Assembly (NCBI GenBank): GCA_016192915.1 | Contig: JACPTF010000002.1 | Span: forward strand, 131,530 to 195,529 | Source of the DNA: Candidatus Woesearchaeota archaeon | GTDB taxonomy: Archaea > Nanobdellota > Nanobdellia > Woesearchaeales > UBA10216 | DNA length: 64,000 nt | Reading direction: 5' to 3' | Shown here: positions 8,855-17,642 of the stretch, piece by piece | Numbering within the stretch: position 1 is the stretch's first letter | Layout of the letters: the number at the start of each line of letters is the position of its first letter | The notes under the pieces: model-generated | What the model was told of the DNA's origin: nothing | Seen by the model: the letters and a program-made list of their open reading frames with translations, nothing else | Database searches by the model: none | Program-made: the position numbers and the translations under genes

Positions 8855-9349
8855 ATGACGCAAGCAGGCCTATCACCGCCCCAACAACAAAAAGAAGTTG
8901 CTTATATAGGTTGTTTGTATTTTCCAGGTCTTAGATTCGTTCAAGTAAGTATTGTAGTGGCGCCAGAAGATAGGTGGGGGCATCCAAGCTTGCACCCTCC
9001 ACGAGTAAAAAGAACCGTGGGGGAATACATTGGGCCTTTAGAAAGTGTTGAGGCTTACGTAATCCAAATACTAACGCCCCGCAATATGCTAAGTGCCGCC
9101 ACTTCTGAGTTGGAAGGGCTTGAAGGACTTATCCGTAAAGCTTCCTACTGGCCTGAGCTTGGCTTAAATTGCGAGCCGAAAAAATCACCAAGCCCCAAAC
9201 ATTCTATTGGCTGGTTTTGGGAAGGGAAGAGAGTGAAGATGCCGGTTTCGGTAATAGAGACGGCAGTATTAAGCCTTCAAGATCCCCAAAGTTACAGAAC
9301 TTTATCTTCAGAGGATTTGGCATACATTAGGGCCAACTGTTTAGCATGA
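8855..9349 (+). CDS. dubious ORF (164 aa) in a 590-bp gap; possibly non-coding
   Basis: Composition is P/W/S/G-rich, unlike the K/E-rich proteins elsewhere in the window. No family recognised. Confidence 0.2.
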   Translation: MTQAGLSPPQQQKEVAYIGCLYFPGLRFVQVSIVVAPEDRWGHPSLHPPRVKRTVGEYIGPLESVEAYVIQILTPRNMLSAATSELEGLEGLIRKASYWPELGLNCEPKKSPSPKHSIGWFWEGKRVKMPVSVIETAVLSLQDPQSYRTLSSEDLAYIRANCLA

Positions 9350-9409
9350 GCAAAAGCTTTTTAAAGCTGCCAGTAAATTACCTTAAGAGCCGTAACTGAG
9401 CTAAAAGAG

Positions 9410-9637
9410 GTGGGGCAAATGCCAGAAGGAAACATTCAAATCATCATTCTTGCAGTAATTATTGGCACCCTTTCAGCAATTGTATATTCCCTTCGAATCC
9501 TTGTCCTCATGGAGAGAAGGATTGCAAGGATAGACGAAAACCTTTTTGCAATCACCAAAAGGATAGCCCTTGAAGAAATCAAGATAGAGCGTGAAGAGAA
9601 GAGAATAGAGGCATCGTTAAGGAGAAGGAAGCGCTAA
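9410..9637 (+). CDS. small membrane protein with one TM helix and a charged coiled tail
   Basis: 75 aa with a hydrophobic N-terminal helix followed by an E/R/K-rich tail. Confidence 0.4.
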   Translation: MGQMPEGNIQIIILAVIIGTLSAIVYSLRILVLMERRIARIDENLFAITKRIALEEIKIEREEKRIEASLRRRKR

Positions 9638-9696
9638 ACTGGTTATCATTCTTATCATTTCTTTTACTTTCATCTTTGCTGATATTACGCTTAGCA

Positions 9697-10257
9697 TCAG
9701 CGCTTTCCCCCGTCTGCTGCTTGGTTTGTTTGGGTGCCCACCGTCCTTTTCCGCAGCTCTTCCAAAAACCTGATTTCTTCACAAATTTTCACCATTTCAG
9801 AACCAAGCCTTCTTTCATCACCCTCAACTTCTTGACCCAAAAGTTCACCACACTCAGGGCAATGGAATGAAAAATCACATGCCTTGTCAAAATCAAGGCG
9901 AACGCACTTATTCAAGCACGAATAGAAATCACTTTTGCCCTCTTTCAAGAAGCGTTCCTTTAGAGACTCAAGCTGGCTTTTTTCGTGCCTTAAAAGAAAG
10001 TCATTGATAATCTCATCATGAAAAGTCCAGTAATAGATGTACCACCCTATTTTGTTGTCCTTCTTCCTGGTAAACGAGGCAAGGTTCAGGCTATGCAACT
10101 TGTACAAAAGATTTCTTGTTTCATTAACTTCTTTTTTTAATGCCTCAGCAAGCTTGAATTCAGAATAGTCCTTTTTCTTGCTAAGCTCCCCGATTAAGTT
10201 AAAGACATCATCCCCAAAATATCCCTTCAACAAGTCATTAACCAAAGATTTTTTCAT
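9697..10257 (-). CDS. tfe: transcription factor E (TFE-alpha, TFIIE-alpha homolog)
   Basis: N-terminal winged helix plus zinc ribbon (CLNKC ... CPECG). Confidence 0.75.
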   Translation of the reverse strand: MKKSLVNDLLKGYFGDDVFNLIGELSKKKDYSEFKLAEALKKEVNETRNLLYKLHSLNLASFTRKKDNKIGWYIYYWTFHDEIINDFLLRHEKSQLESLKERFLKEGKSDFYSCLNKCVRLDFDKACDFSFHCPECGELLGQEVEGDERRLGSEMVKICEEIRFLEELRKRTVGTQTNQAADGGKR

Positions 10258-10340
10258 CTTTATGCTTTAATCATCATCTCCTCGTAGCACCAAAAGCTTT
10301 TTTAAACATATAAAAATCTTTAGAATGCGTAAGTAGGTGG

Positions 10341-10733
10341 CTAAAACACACCCAAAAGCTGCTCAAAGGACAGCCCCTTTTCTTTTACCATCTTTACTGA
10401 CACAGAAAACCCGGTGCCGGCTCTCTTTAAGTCGTCGGGTGTGAAAAAAGCCCATTTCATATCATTAAACCTTACCCCTATCCAAGGCTCTGCGCCAAAA
10501 ATCTTCGCAAACCTAACAAGGTCTTCAACCTGCTCCCTTGGCAGGTGCCTGTTCAGCTCTCCCGAAGACTTGCACTCAATGGCCAGTGACCTTGAAGCCT
10601 TCCCCGCTAGAATGTCCGGGCAGGGGTAAGAAGTTGACCCGGAGCCGGCTGCGCGAATAGCCCCCCACCCCTTGCTCCAGAACATGTGAATGAGCTCGCG
10701 CTCTGCATTGCTGCCTTTTGCTTTAGAGTTCAT
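10341..10733 (-). CDS. hjc: Holliday junction resolvase Hjc
   Basis: 130 aa. N-terminus KGSNAERELIHMFWSKGWGAIRAAGSG and PDILAG...AIECKSS match the PD-(D/E)xK Hjc core. Confidence 0.85.
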   Translation of the reverse strand: MNSKAKGSNAERELIHMFWSKGWGAIRAAGSGSTSYPCPDILAGKASRSLAIECKSSGELNRHLPREQVEDLVRFAKIFGAEPWIGVRFNDMKWAFFTPDDLKRAGTGFSVSVKMVKEKGLSFEQLLGVF

Positions 10734-10739
10734 GCAAAG

Positions 10740-11639
10740 CTAAACCTCTATCCGCATAAAATCCTTTGCACAGACGACATTGTCAAAAGTAGCCCTTGCA
10801 TCCTCCTCAAGCTTGCCAGTTGACTTATACCTTTGCGAGAAGTGGGTCAGGACTAGCTTGCATGCCCCAGCCTTGTTTGCAATAGTGGCTGCCTGGCCTG
10901 CCGTGAGGTGCTTGTATTCACCTGCTTTGCCTTCCAGTTCATCAGCATAGGTTGCTTCACAAATCAACACATCAGCACCTTCTGCAAGTTCTATTGCGCT
11001 GTTGCAAAGCTCTGTGTCCATTATTACAGTCACTTTTTTCCCCTTAGTTGCGTAAGTGACTTCTGAGGGCTTTACAATTTTGCCCTTCCAAGTTACCGTT
11101 TTCCCGACCTGTAGCTGCCCCATCAAAGGGCCCTCAGGCAGCCCGAGCTTTTTGGCAGCAGCCATATTAATATGAACGCGGTCCTTTTGCACTATGCTGT
11201 AGCCAAGGCAAGGCACAGAGTGCTGCAGCTTTCTTGACTCAATGTAAAAATCATCATTTCCAAAGACCATGCCTTCTTCAATATCCTCAACCTGAAGCTC
11301 AAGCCTGCCATCGCCATACTCCATGAGAAATGTCTTGCTCATGTGTTCAAACTGGGCCCTTGTGCCCTTTGGGCCAAAGACCTGCAGCCTGTGCCCTGTT
11401 GTTGAGCTGTTCAAAGTCTGGATAACGCCAGGCAAGCCAAGCACATGGTCTCCGTGCCAGTGGCTTATCAGAATTCTCGTTATCTTTGTCAGGGGAATGC
11501 CTGTGATTTTAAACTGCCTCTGCGTGCCCTCCCCGCAGTCAACCAGAATGCCCTCGGAGCCGTGGCTAATGAAAACTGCCGATTGGTTTCTGTCCTTTGT
11601 GGGCACCATTGAGCTTGTGCCCAAAAACACGATTTCCAT
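10740..11639 (-). CDS. rnz: ribonuclease Z (tRNA 3' endonuclease, metallo-beta-lactamase fold); true ATG at 11639
   Basis: MEIVFLGTSS...ISHWHGDHVLGLPG carries the HxHxDH motif. The upstream 22 codons of the ORF are extension. Confidence 0.85.
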   Translation of the reverse strand: MEIVFLGTSSMVPTKDRNQSAVFISHGSEGILVDCGEGTQRQFKITGIPLTKITRILISHWHGDHVLGLPGVIQTLNSSTTGHRLQVFGPKGTRAQFEHMSKTFLMEYGDGRLELQVEDIEEGMVFGNDDFYIESRKLQHSVPCLGYSIVQKDRVHINMAAAKKLGLPEGPLMGQLQVGKTVTWKGKIVKPSEVTYATKGKKVTVIMDTELCNSAIELAEGADVLICEATYADELEGKAGEYKHLTAGQAATIANKAGACKLVLTHFSQRYKSTGKLEEDARATFDNVVCAKDFMRIEV

Positions 11640-11740
11640 AGAAAAGAAGGCATAAGGCAAATTATTTAAGTGTTGCGTTAAAAAACCCTTGTTGTGTAAT
11701 CGCAAAGCTTTTTAAGCATATTTAAAACCACTTTCTTCCC

Positions 11741-12340
11741 ATGGAAGCCGTTAATTTGCCTGACGTGAAAGAGAAGGAACCATCAAAGGAAGACCATTTG
11801 AAAAAGTCAAAGGAACATGTAAAAGCATTTCTCCTGAGGGAAAGAGTAGTTACTGAGAACACAGACGCTGCAAGGGAGCTCTACAACCAGAGCAGATACG
11901 GAAAACTGCTTCCTGACGGAAGGGTTCAGCTTGCCCTGACAGAAGCCATGTACCTGCTTGAAAGAGGCAAAATAGCCGTTGCCGCTTCTCGAGGGAAACA
12001 AGAAGTAAGCCCAGAGCAATTCATGAAAAAAGCATCAAAAACCCAGCAGAACTTCTGGGTAAAATACTCTGTGTTCAAGGACATAAGGGATAGGGGCTAC
12101 ATAATCAAAACCGCCCTGAAGTTCGGGGCCGACTTTAGGATTTATGACCGCGGCGTCAAACCAGGCGAGGATCACGCTCGCTGGATACTATACCCTGTGC
12201 ATGAGGGGGATACGCTCACGTGGCATGAGTTCTCTGCCAAGAACAGGGTTGCGCACAGCACCAAGAAAAGGCTTCTCATCGGAGTAGTTGACGAGGAAGC
12301 TGACGTGAGCTACTGGGAGGTCCGATGGATGAGGCCGTAA
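11741..12340 (+). CDS. endA: tRNA-splicing endonuclease (EndA)
   Basis: Has the N-terminal domain and the C-terminal catalytic domain with ...YSVFKDIRDRGYIIKTALKFGADFRIY... Confidence 0.8.
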   Translation: MEAVNLPDVKEKEPSKEDHLKKSKEHVKAFLLRERVVTENTDAARELYNQSRYGKLLPDGRVQLALTEAMYLLERGKIAVAASRGKQEVSPEQFMKKASKTQQNFWVKYSVFKDIRDRGYIIKTALKFGADFRIYDRGVKPGEDHARWILYPVHEGDTLTWHEFSAKNRVAHSTKKRLLIGVVDEEADVSYWEVRWMRP

Positions 12341-12416
12341 AATTCTTTTGTTACAGTGATAAATCCCCTGTATTGCCCTGATAAATTATTTAAACCCGCA
12401 GCGCCCTGCCCTTACC

Positions 12417-13385
12417 ATGACAGGCAGCCTCATAACCGACAGGGTAAAGCAGCTTGTGCGCATGCGCGGGCCGGTTATTCCTTCGCAGATTTCCAAAGAG
12501 ATAGGCACAAACATCTTAATGGCTTCTGCAATACTTTCTGAGTTGGCTTCTAAGAATGACGTGAAGATTTCAAGCGTCAAATTTGGGGGAACCCCCCTTT
12601 ACTATGTGGTTGGGCAGGAGCCAAAGCTCCAGAACTACATAGCCGGCCTGCCACAGAAAGAAAAGGAGGCGTTTGAGCTGCTGAAAGCAAATGGTGTGCT
12701 AAGAGACCACAGCATGGAACCGGCAACAAGGTTTGCGCTTCGCCAGATTAAGGACTTTGCAAAGCCGCTTGAGGTAAACATTAATGGGGAAACAGAAATA
12801 TTCTGGAAATGGTACATGCTCGCCAACGAAGATGCCAAAACAGCCATTAAAAAAATAATGGGTGTCGTTGAGGAAACTCAGCCAAAAATAGAGGCAGTAG
12901 TCGGAACGTCAGCGCAGGAAGAGAAGCCCTTCATTGCCCAAACAACCCAGCCGCAATATCCACCCATACAGCCTTTGCAGCAGCAAACAATACTGACAAC
13001 CCAACCGCAAGTGCTGCCGCAGCCACAGCCTAAAAAGCAGATAAGAACTACCTCGCAAAAAACTGCCGCAGCCGCCACCTCAGAATTTTCAAAAACCCTT
13101 GCCGACTTTTTTGCAAAAAGCAACATCGAAATCGAGTCCTCAGACTTAAGCAGCAAGTCAGAAGCCAAGTATACTGTCCTGCTCCCGAGCCCTGTCGGGA
13201 AGCTTAGGTACTGTTGCATTGCCAAAAACAAAAAAACATGCACCGACACAGACATAAGCTCAGCACTTGTGCAGGGGCAGCTAAAGAAACTCCCTGTCCT
13301 TCTTCTGACAAATGGCGAGCTGTCAAAAAAAGCACATGAGCTACTGTCAAAGGAAATCGGAGCCATCGTTGTGAAGAAGATTTAA
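12417..13385 (+). CDS. winged-helix domain protein with Q/P-rich linker; function unknown
   Basis: Two N-terminal wH-like segments, a QPQ-rich linker and a C-terminal domain with CCIAKNKKTC. Confidence 0.4.
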   Translation: MTGSLITDRVKQLVRMRGPVIPSQISKEIGTNILMASAILSELASKNDVKISSVKFGGTPLYYVVGQEPKLQNYIAGLPQKEKEAFELLKANGVLRDHSMEPATRFALRQIKDFAKPLEVNINGETEIFWKWYMLANEDAKTAIKKIMGVVEETQPKIEAVVGTSAQEEKPFIAQTTQPQYPPIQPLQQQTILTTQPQVLPQPQPKKQIRTTSQKTAAAATSEFSKTLADFFAKSNIEIESSDLSSKSEAKYTVLLPSPVGKLRYCCIAKNKKTCTDTDISSALVQGQLKKLPVLLLTNGELSKKAHELLSKEIGAIVVKKI

Positions 13386-13411
13386 AAAACAAGGCATCAG
13401 CCCATTCTGGC

Positions 13412-14446
13412 ATGGGAGTGCAAATAACAGAGCTGCTGCCGAAAAAAGAAGCCAAGCTGGAAGACTTCAGCAACAAAGTGATTGCTGTAGACGCAGCCAA
13501 CCACCTTTACCAGTTCCTGACAACCATAAGGGCCCCTGACGGCGCTTTCTTCACAGACTCGCACGGCAACGTAACCTCACACCTTATTGGCCTGTTTACA
13601 AGGACAACGCACCTGATGAAGCTAGGGATAAAGCCTATTTACGTCTTTGATGGCGAAGTGCCCAAGCTGAAAAAGCTTGAAATAAAAAGAAGGGCGGAGG
13701 CAAAGGAAGTGGCAGCTGAGAAGTACGCTGAGGCCGAGAAAAAAGGCGACATTGAGGAAATGAAGCGCTATGCCACCAGGTCAACAAGGCTCACAAAGGA
13801 AATGATTGCAGACGCAAAAGAGGTCATTGAGGCCCTGGGCTTGCCCGTGGTTCAGGGCTTAAGCGAGGGCGAAGCCCAAGCCGCGCACATTGTTGCTAAT
13901 GGAGATGCTTATGCAATAGCTTCACAAGATGCAGACAGCCTCCTTTTCGGCGCCACAAGAGTGGTGAGAAACCTCTCAATTGAAGGCAGAAGGAAACAAA
14001 ACAGTGTTCTCGGCTACGGCAGAGTAGAACCTGAACTCATCCTGCTTGATGAAGTGCTTTCCTCATTAGGCATCACGCAACAGCAGCTAATCTGCCTTGC
14101 AATGCTCGTTGGCACAGACTACAACACAGGAGGCATAAAAGGCATAGGCCCAAAAACCGCTCTTAAGATGGTAAAAGAGCAAAAAACCACCGAAAAGATA
14201 TTTGCAGCAGCAGGGTGGAGTGAGCACTTTAGCTATCCCTGGCAGGAAGTCTTGGAGCTTTTAGAGCACCCAAAAGTTACTGGCGATTATAGACTAGAAT
14301 TCCACCAGATAAACACAGCCAAGCTTGTCAAAATACTGTGCGAAAAGCACGACTTCTCACAGCAAAGGGTTGAGAACCAGCTTGAAGACATGGAAAAGTC
14401 AGCCGCCGCTAAACGGCAAAGAGGGCTTGGTGACTTCTTTGGCTAA
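13412..14446 (+). CDS. fen: flap endonuclease FEN-1
   Basis: XPG-N/I nuclease motifs (VIAVDAANHLYQF, GEAQAAH) and a C-terminal PIP box QRGLGDFFG. Confidence 0.95.
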   Translation: MGVQITELLPKKEAKLEDFSNKVIAVDAANHLYQFLTTIRAPDGAFFTDSHGNVTSHLIGLFTRTTHLMKLGIKPIYVFDGEVPKLKKLEIKRRAEAKEVAAEKYAEAEKKGDIEEMKRYATRSTRLTKEMIADAKEVIEALGLPVVQGLSEGEAQAAHIVANGDAYAIASQDADSLLFGATRVVRNLSIEGRRKQNSVLGYGRVEPELILLDEVLSSLGITQQQLICLAMLVGTDYNTGGIKGIGPKTALKMVKEQKTTEKIFAAAGWSEHFSYPWQEVLELLEHPKVTGDYRLEFHQINTAKLVKILCEKHDFSQQRVENQLEDMEKSAAAKRQRGLGDFFG

Positions 14447-14447
14447 A

Positions 14448-15236
14448 ATGACTCGCACCGAAAACATAAGGGCGTTTGACATCATAGGCAACACAGCGAT
14501 AGTTGAAATTCCAAAAAAAGCGAAACAGGGTGAAAAAGCCATTGCAGCCGGAATACTGGCACAACAGAAAAACATCAAGGCGGTGTATAAACGCATAGGA
14601 GGCCATGGAGGTAAGCTGCGGCTGCAAAAACTAAAGCACATTCTTGGCGAAAAGAGAACCGTAACAACCCACAAGGAGAACAACGTGCTGCTAAAGCTCG
14701 ATATCGCAAAGGTTTACTTTTCCCCGCGCCAGGCAACCGAGAGGAAAAGGGTCTTCTCACAAATAAAGAAGCAAGAAACTGTATTGGTTATGTTTTCCGG
14801 AGCTGGGCCATTCGCAATCGAAATAGCAAAAAACACACCAGCCAAGTTGGTTTATGGCATAGAGCTTAACAAAATAGCACACAAATACGCCCTTGAAAAT
14901 TCCGAACTCAACAGAGTTGAAAACAAAGTAAAACTATGTTGCGGTGATGTAAGGAAAATAGCCCCGAAGCTGAGAAAAAAGTTCGACCGCATAGTTATGC
15001 CATTGCCAAAAGGCGCAGAAAATTTCCTTAATATTTCTTTTGCAGCCGCAAAGAAAGGCGCAATAATTCACTTCTATGATTTTGAAAAAGAAGAAGATAT
15101 ACCAACAAAAGCGGTTTTAAAGGTAAAAACTGCAGCCGCAGCCTCCGGAAAGAAGATAAAAATCATCAGCATCGTGAAGTGCGGGCAGCTGGCACCGAGG
15201 GCTTATAGGGTGTGTGTTGACTTCAAGGTTTTGTAG
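14448..15236 (+). CDS. Met-10+-like SAM-dependent tRNA methyltransferase (Trm5/Taw2 family); start immediately after FEN-1 stop
   Basis: ...VLVMFSGAGPFAIEIAK... is a class I methyltransferase motif in a Trm5-type fold. The first 41 codons of the maximal ORF overlap fen. Confidence 0.6.
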   Translation: MTRTENIRAFDIIGNTAIVEIPKKAKQGEKAIAAGILAQQKNIKAVYKRIGGHGGKLRLQKLKHILGEKRTVTTHKENNVLLKLDIAKVYFSPRQATERKRVFSQIKKQETVLVMFSGAGPFAIEIAKNTPAKLVYGIELNKIAHKYALENSELNRVENKVKLCCGDVRKIAPKLRKKFDRIVMPLPKGAENFLNISFAAAKKGAIIHFYDFEKEEDIPTKAVLKVKTAAAASGKKIKIISIVKCGQLAPRAYRVCVDFKVL

Positions 15237-15480
15237 CGAACTTTTTGTGTTACCCCTAACTTCTTTGGTTTCTTAATGCTATTTTTCTTGAGTAAGTGTT
15301 ACTAATAAGGCTATTAAAACTGCCACCAGTTAAGTAATTATAGCCTTTATTCGCTACAACTGTATTAAGTTAAAGCTTTGGCAGATGTTTAGCTGTGGCA
15401 GTCGCGGCTATGACGAAGGTTTTAAATAATAGTAACAACAACCGCCAGACCGCGTGCAATGATCGCGTGAACACCCTCTG

Positions 15481-15514
15481 ATGACCTTCTTAAGAAGAAG
15501 GTCAATCAAGAAAC
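15481..15514 (+). repeat. palindrome-plus-tail motif, copy M1 (TGACCTTCTT aag AAGAAGGTCA ATCAAGAAACT)
   Basis: 10-bp perfect arms. The same motif recurs at 20556, 23039 and 48612. Confidence 0.7.
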
Positions 15515-15653
15515 TCAAGAACAGACCTTTTTAAGACAAGGGCGATGAAGAACGGGAGTAACTGGAGAGCACGCAAATTTCATCCGCCCCCCTTTAAACA
15601 AAAAATTTATATTTGCCTTCCCTTAGGGGTAGCTTATTTCAGGGGACGTACAT

Positions 15654-16190
15654 ATGGTAGGGCCACAGGATGCAGAAAAAGAAGAAAAAAGGGTAATGGG
15701 TGAAGAAATAAAAGAATTTAAAGAGCTGGAAGAAGCCTTATCTTTATTGCGCAATGTTTACGATCGCTCTTCCAAATTTCACTTAACCGCGCCTGAGGAT
15801 GTACCCTTTCTTGAAAATGCAGCAAGGCTCTTGCGTCAAGCGGAAAACAGTGCTGCCAAAATAATAGCCTTTTCAACAAGGCTCAAAAATGACATATTCG
15901 CAATCCCGAAACCCACAAGCCACGTTGAAAGATACCTGCAAAGTGTAGCAAGTCAACTGCAAACTGCAAAAAATGCCGACGCACTCCTCACCAACATAAT
16001 TCACGCAGTGGATCACGCAATTTATTATTCCAAGCAAACAAGTCATACTTCTTACAATGTTTATAATGAGGAAGGAACTAATGGTTTCAAAGCAATGGAC
16101 CATGCGTATATGGAACTCGCGGCTTTAACTCAGGCAGTAAAACAATTATACGAGTTCGAACGCTGGCTCGATGCTGAACTTAAGAAATAA
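15654..16190 (+). CDS. hypothetical protein (178 aa)
   Basis: Intact ORF with a TATA-like AAATTTATATTTG about 35 bp upstream. Confidence 0.45.
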   Translation: MVGPQDAEKEEKRVMGEEIKEFKELEEALSLLRNVYDRSSKFHLTAPEDVPFLENAARLLRQAENSAAKIIAFSTRLKNDIFAIPKPTSHVERYLQSVASQLQTAKNADALLTNIIHAVDHAIYYSKQTSHTSYNVYNEEGTNGFKAMDHAYMELAALTQAVKQLYEFERWLDAELKK

Positions 16191-16207
16191 GCCGAACATT
16201 CTTTTTA

Positions 16208-16313
16208 TAGAGGACTTTGAATAACTCCCTTATATTTAACTTTTGTTCAAAGTCCTCTAAGACAACTTTGACAAAAAATGGTTAATCAAAGTTGTCTATA
16301 ATTTGTTTTTTCC
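16208..16313. terminator. two consecutive hairpins plus T-run between convergent genes
   Basis: IR1 TAGAGGACTTTGAA / TTCAAAGTCCTCTA (16208-16259) and IR2 AGACAACTTTGA / TCAAAGTTGTCT (16260-16297), then TTTGTTTTTTCC. Confidence 0.45.
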
Positions 16314-16318
16314 TCTAT

Positions 16319-17479
16319 TCACCCAAACATTTTCACATATTCTGTGCTTTCGGCTTCGTCCTTGCTCCTGACCTTTGATATAGCGCTTATGAAGTCCTTT
16401 GTCTCAACAGATGCGCGCTCCTCCCGTATGGCAAAATAGCCTGCCTCGGTGCAGACCGCCCTTATATCTGCGCCAGTTAGGTTTTCCGTCATCTCAACCA
16501 CCTTGTCAACATCAAGCTTGCTCGTGCTCATTGTTCCCGTATGAATCCTGAGTATCTCTTCCCTTGCATCTTTGGCAGGGATGGGGAAGTGGATGTGCCT
16601 TTCCAGGCGCCCAGGCCTCATTATGGCAGGGTCAAGTATGTCCTTCCTGTTTGTGCATCCGATAATTTTGACGTTACCAAGGCCTTTAAACCCGTCAATC
16701 TCAGCCAGAAGCTGCATAAACGTCCTTTGGACTTCCCTTTCGCCAGATGTGCCAATATCCATCCTTTTGGCGGCTAAGGCGTCCAGTTCATCTATGAAAA
16801 TAATAGAGGGGGCTTTCTGCCTGGCCATATTGAAGATTTCCTTGACAAGCTTGGCGCCTTCCCCAATAAATTTCTGGACAAGCTCAGAGCCAACAATCTC
16901 TATAAACGTTGAATTTGTGGCAGTTGCCACAGCCTTCGCAAGGAGCGTTTTCCCGGTTCCTGGTTGGCCGTGCAGAAGAACGCCCTTAGGCGGCTCAATG
17001 CCGACCTTTTCAAACAGCTCGGGCTTGTTAAGGGGGAGCTCAACAATCTCGCGAATCTCCCTTATCTGCTCCTCAAGCCCTCCAATTTCCTTCCACGGCA
17101 CGTTTGGCTTCTCAACAATCACAAACTTTTCAACACTATACCTTTTTGAAACGCCGGCTTTTTTCACAATCGAAAGGTTTTTCTGTTCAACGAAAACCAG
17201 CTCGCCAGGCCTTAGCTTGCCGCAGCCCGAAAGAACATCAACAAAGAACCTGTTGCCGTTGGGCATCTTTATCACGGCATTGCCGCCTTTTGCTGTCACA
17301 ACCTCACAAACCATTAGAGGGGAGCGCTTAAGCCTGTCCATATCATCCTTGAGCTGGCTTACTGTTTTCCTGAGAAGCGTGTTTTCCTCTTCAAGCAGGC
17401 TTATTGTGTGGTCATAAACAACATCAGAAAGCCTCCCGCTTCCACTTTCAACGCTGCCTTCAGTAACTATCAAACACAC
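16319..17479 (-). CDS. pan: proteasome-activating nucleotidase PAN (AAA+ ATPase)
   Basis: N-terminal coiled coil and OB domain, Walker A GQPGTGKT, Walker B IIFIDELD, and a C-terminal tail. Confidence 0.9.
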   Translation of the reverse strand: MCLIVTEGSVESGSGRLSDVVYDHTISLLEEENTLLRKTVSQLKDDMDRLKRSPLMVCEVVTAKGGNAVIKMPNGNRFFVDVLSGCGKLRPGELVFVEQKNLSIVKKAGVSKRYSVEKFVIVEKPNVPWKEIGGLEEQIREIREIVELPLNKPELFEKVGIEPPKGVLLHGQPGTGKTLLAKAVATATNSTFIEIVGSELVQKFIGEGAKLVKEIFNMARQKAPSIIFIDELDALAAKRMDIGTSGEREVQRTFMQLLAEIDGFKGLGNVKIIGCTNRKDILDPAIMRPGRLERHIHFPIPAKDAREEILRIHTGTMSTSKLDVDKVVEMTENLTGADIRAVCTEAGYFAIREERASVETKDFISAISKVRSKDEAESTEYVKMFG

Positions 17480-17504
17480 CTTTTTACATTATTTTCGTTT
17501 CCCA

Positions 17505-17627
17505 CGTCGCCATGCTGCGACGGGGCCCAATCGTGCTTTGCACGATTTGGGTTTGATGAACCCCAAGTCGCCTGTTGGCGACTGGGCCCAGTCGAGTTTT
17601 TCTCGACTTGGGCTTTTTCGGAAAAAG
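17505..17627. repeat. multi-hairpin repeat element, copy A (five tandem hairpins bracketed by GGG/CCC)
   Basis: CGTCGC/GCGACG, CCCAATCGTGC/GCACGATTTGGG, CCAAGTCGCC/GGCGACTGG, CCCAGTCGAG/CTCGACTTGGG and CTTTTTC/GAAAAAG. Three of these stems carry a single bulged A. Confidence 0.7.
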
Positions 17628-17642
17628 GTTCGCCGCAGCCAC

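Noticed and set aside
8855-9349. RNase P RNA or SRP RNA hidden under the odd-composition ORF.
   Set aside because: I could not find the universally conserved RNase P blocks (GGAAAGUCCGG, AGGGUGAAA, ACAGAAnCCGGCUUA) or SRP helix-8 motifs. I left it as an open candidate, not a call.
15460-15520. Possible C/D-box sRNA (ATGATCG ... CTCTGATGA) overlapping palindrome motif M1.
   Set aside because: No D box (CUGA) follows the second guide region at the required spacing, and box C is imperfect.
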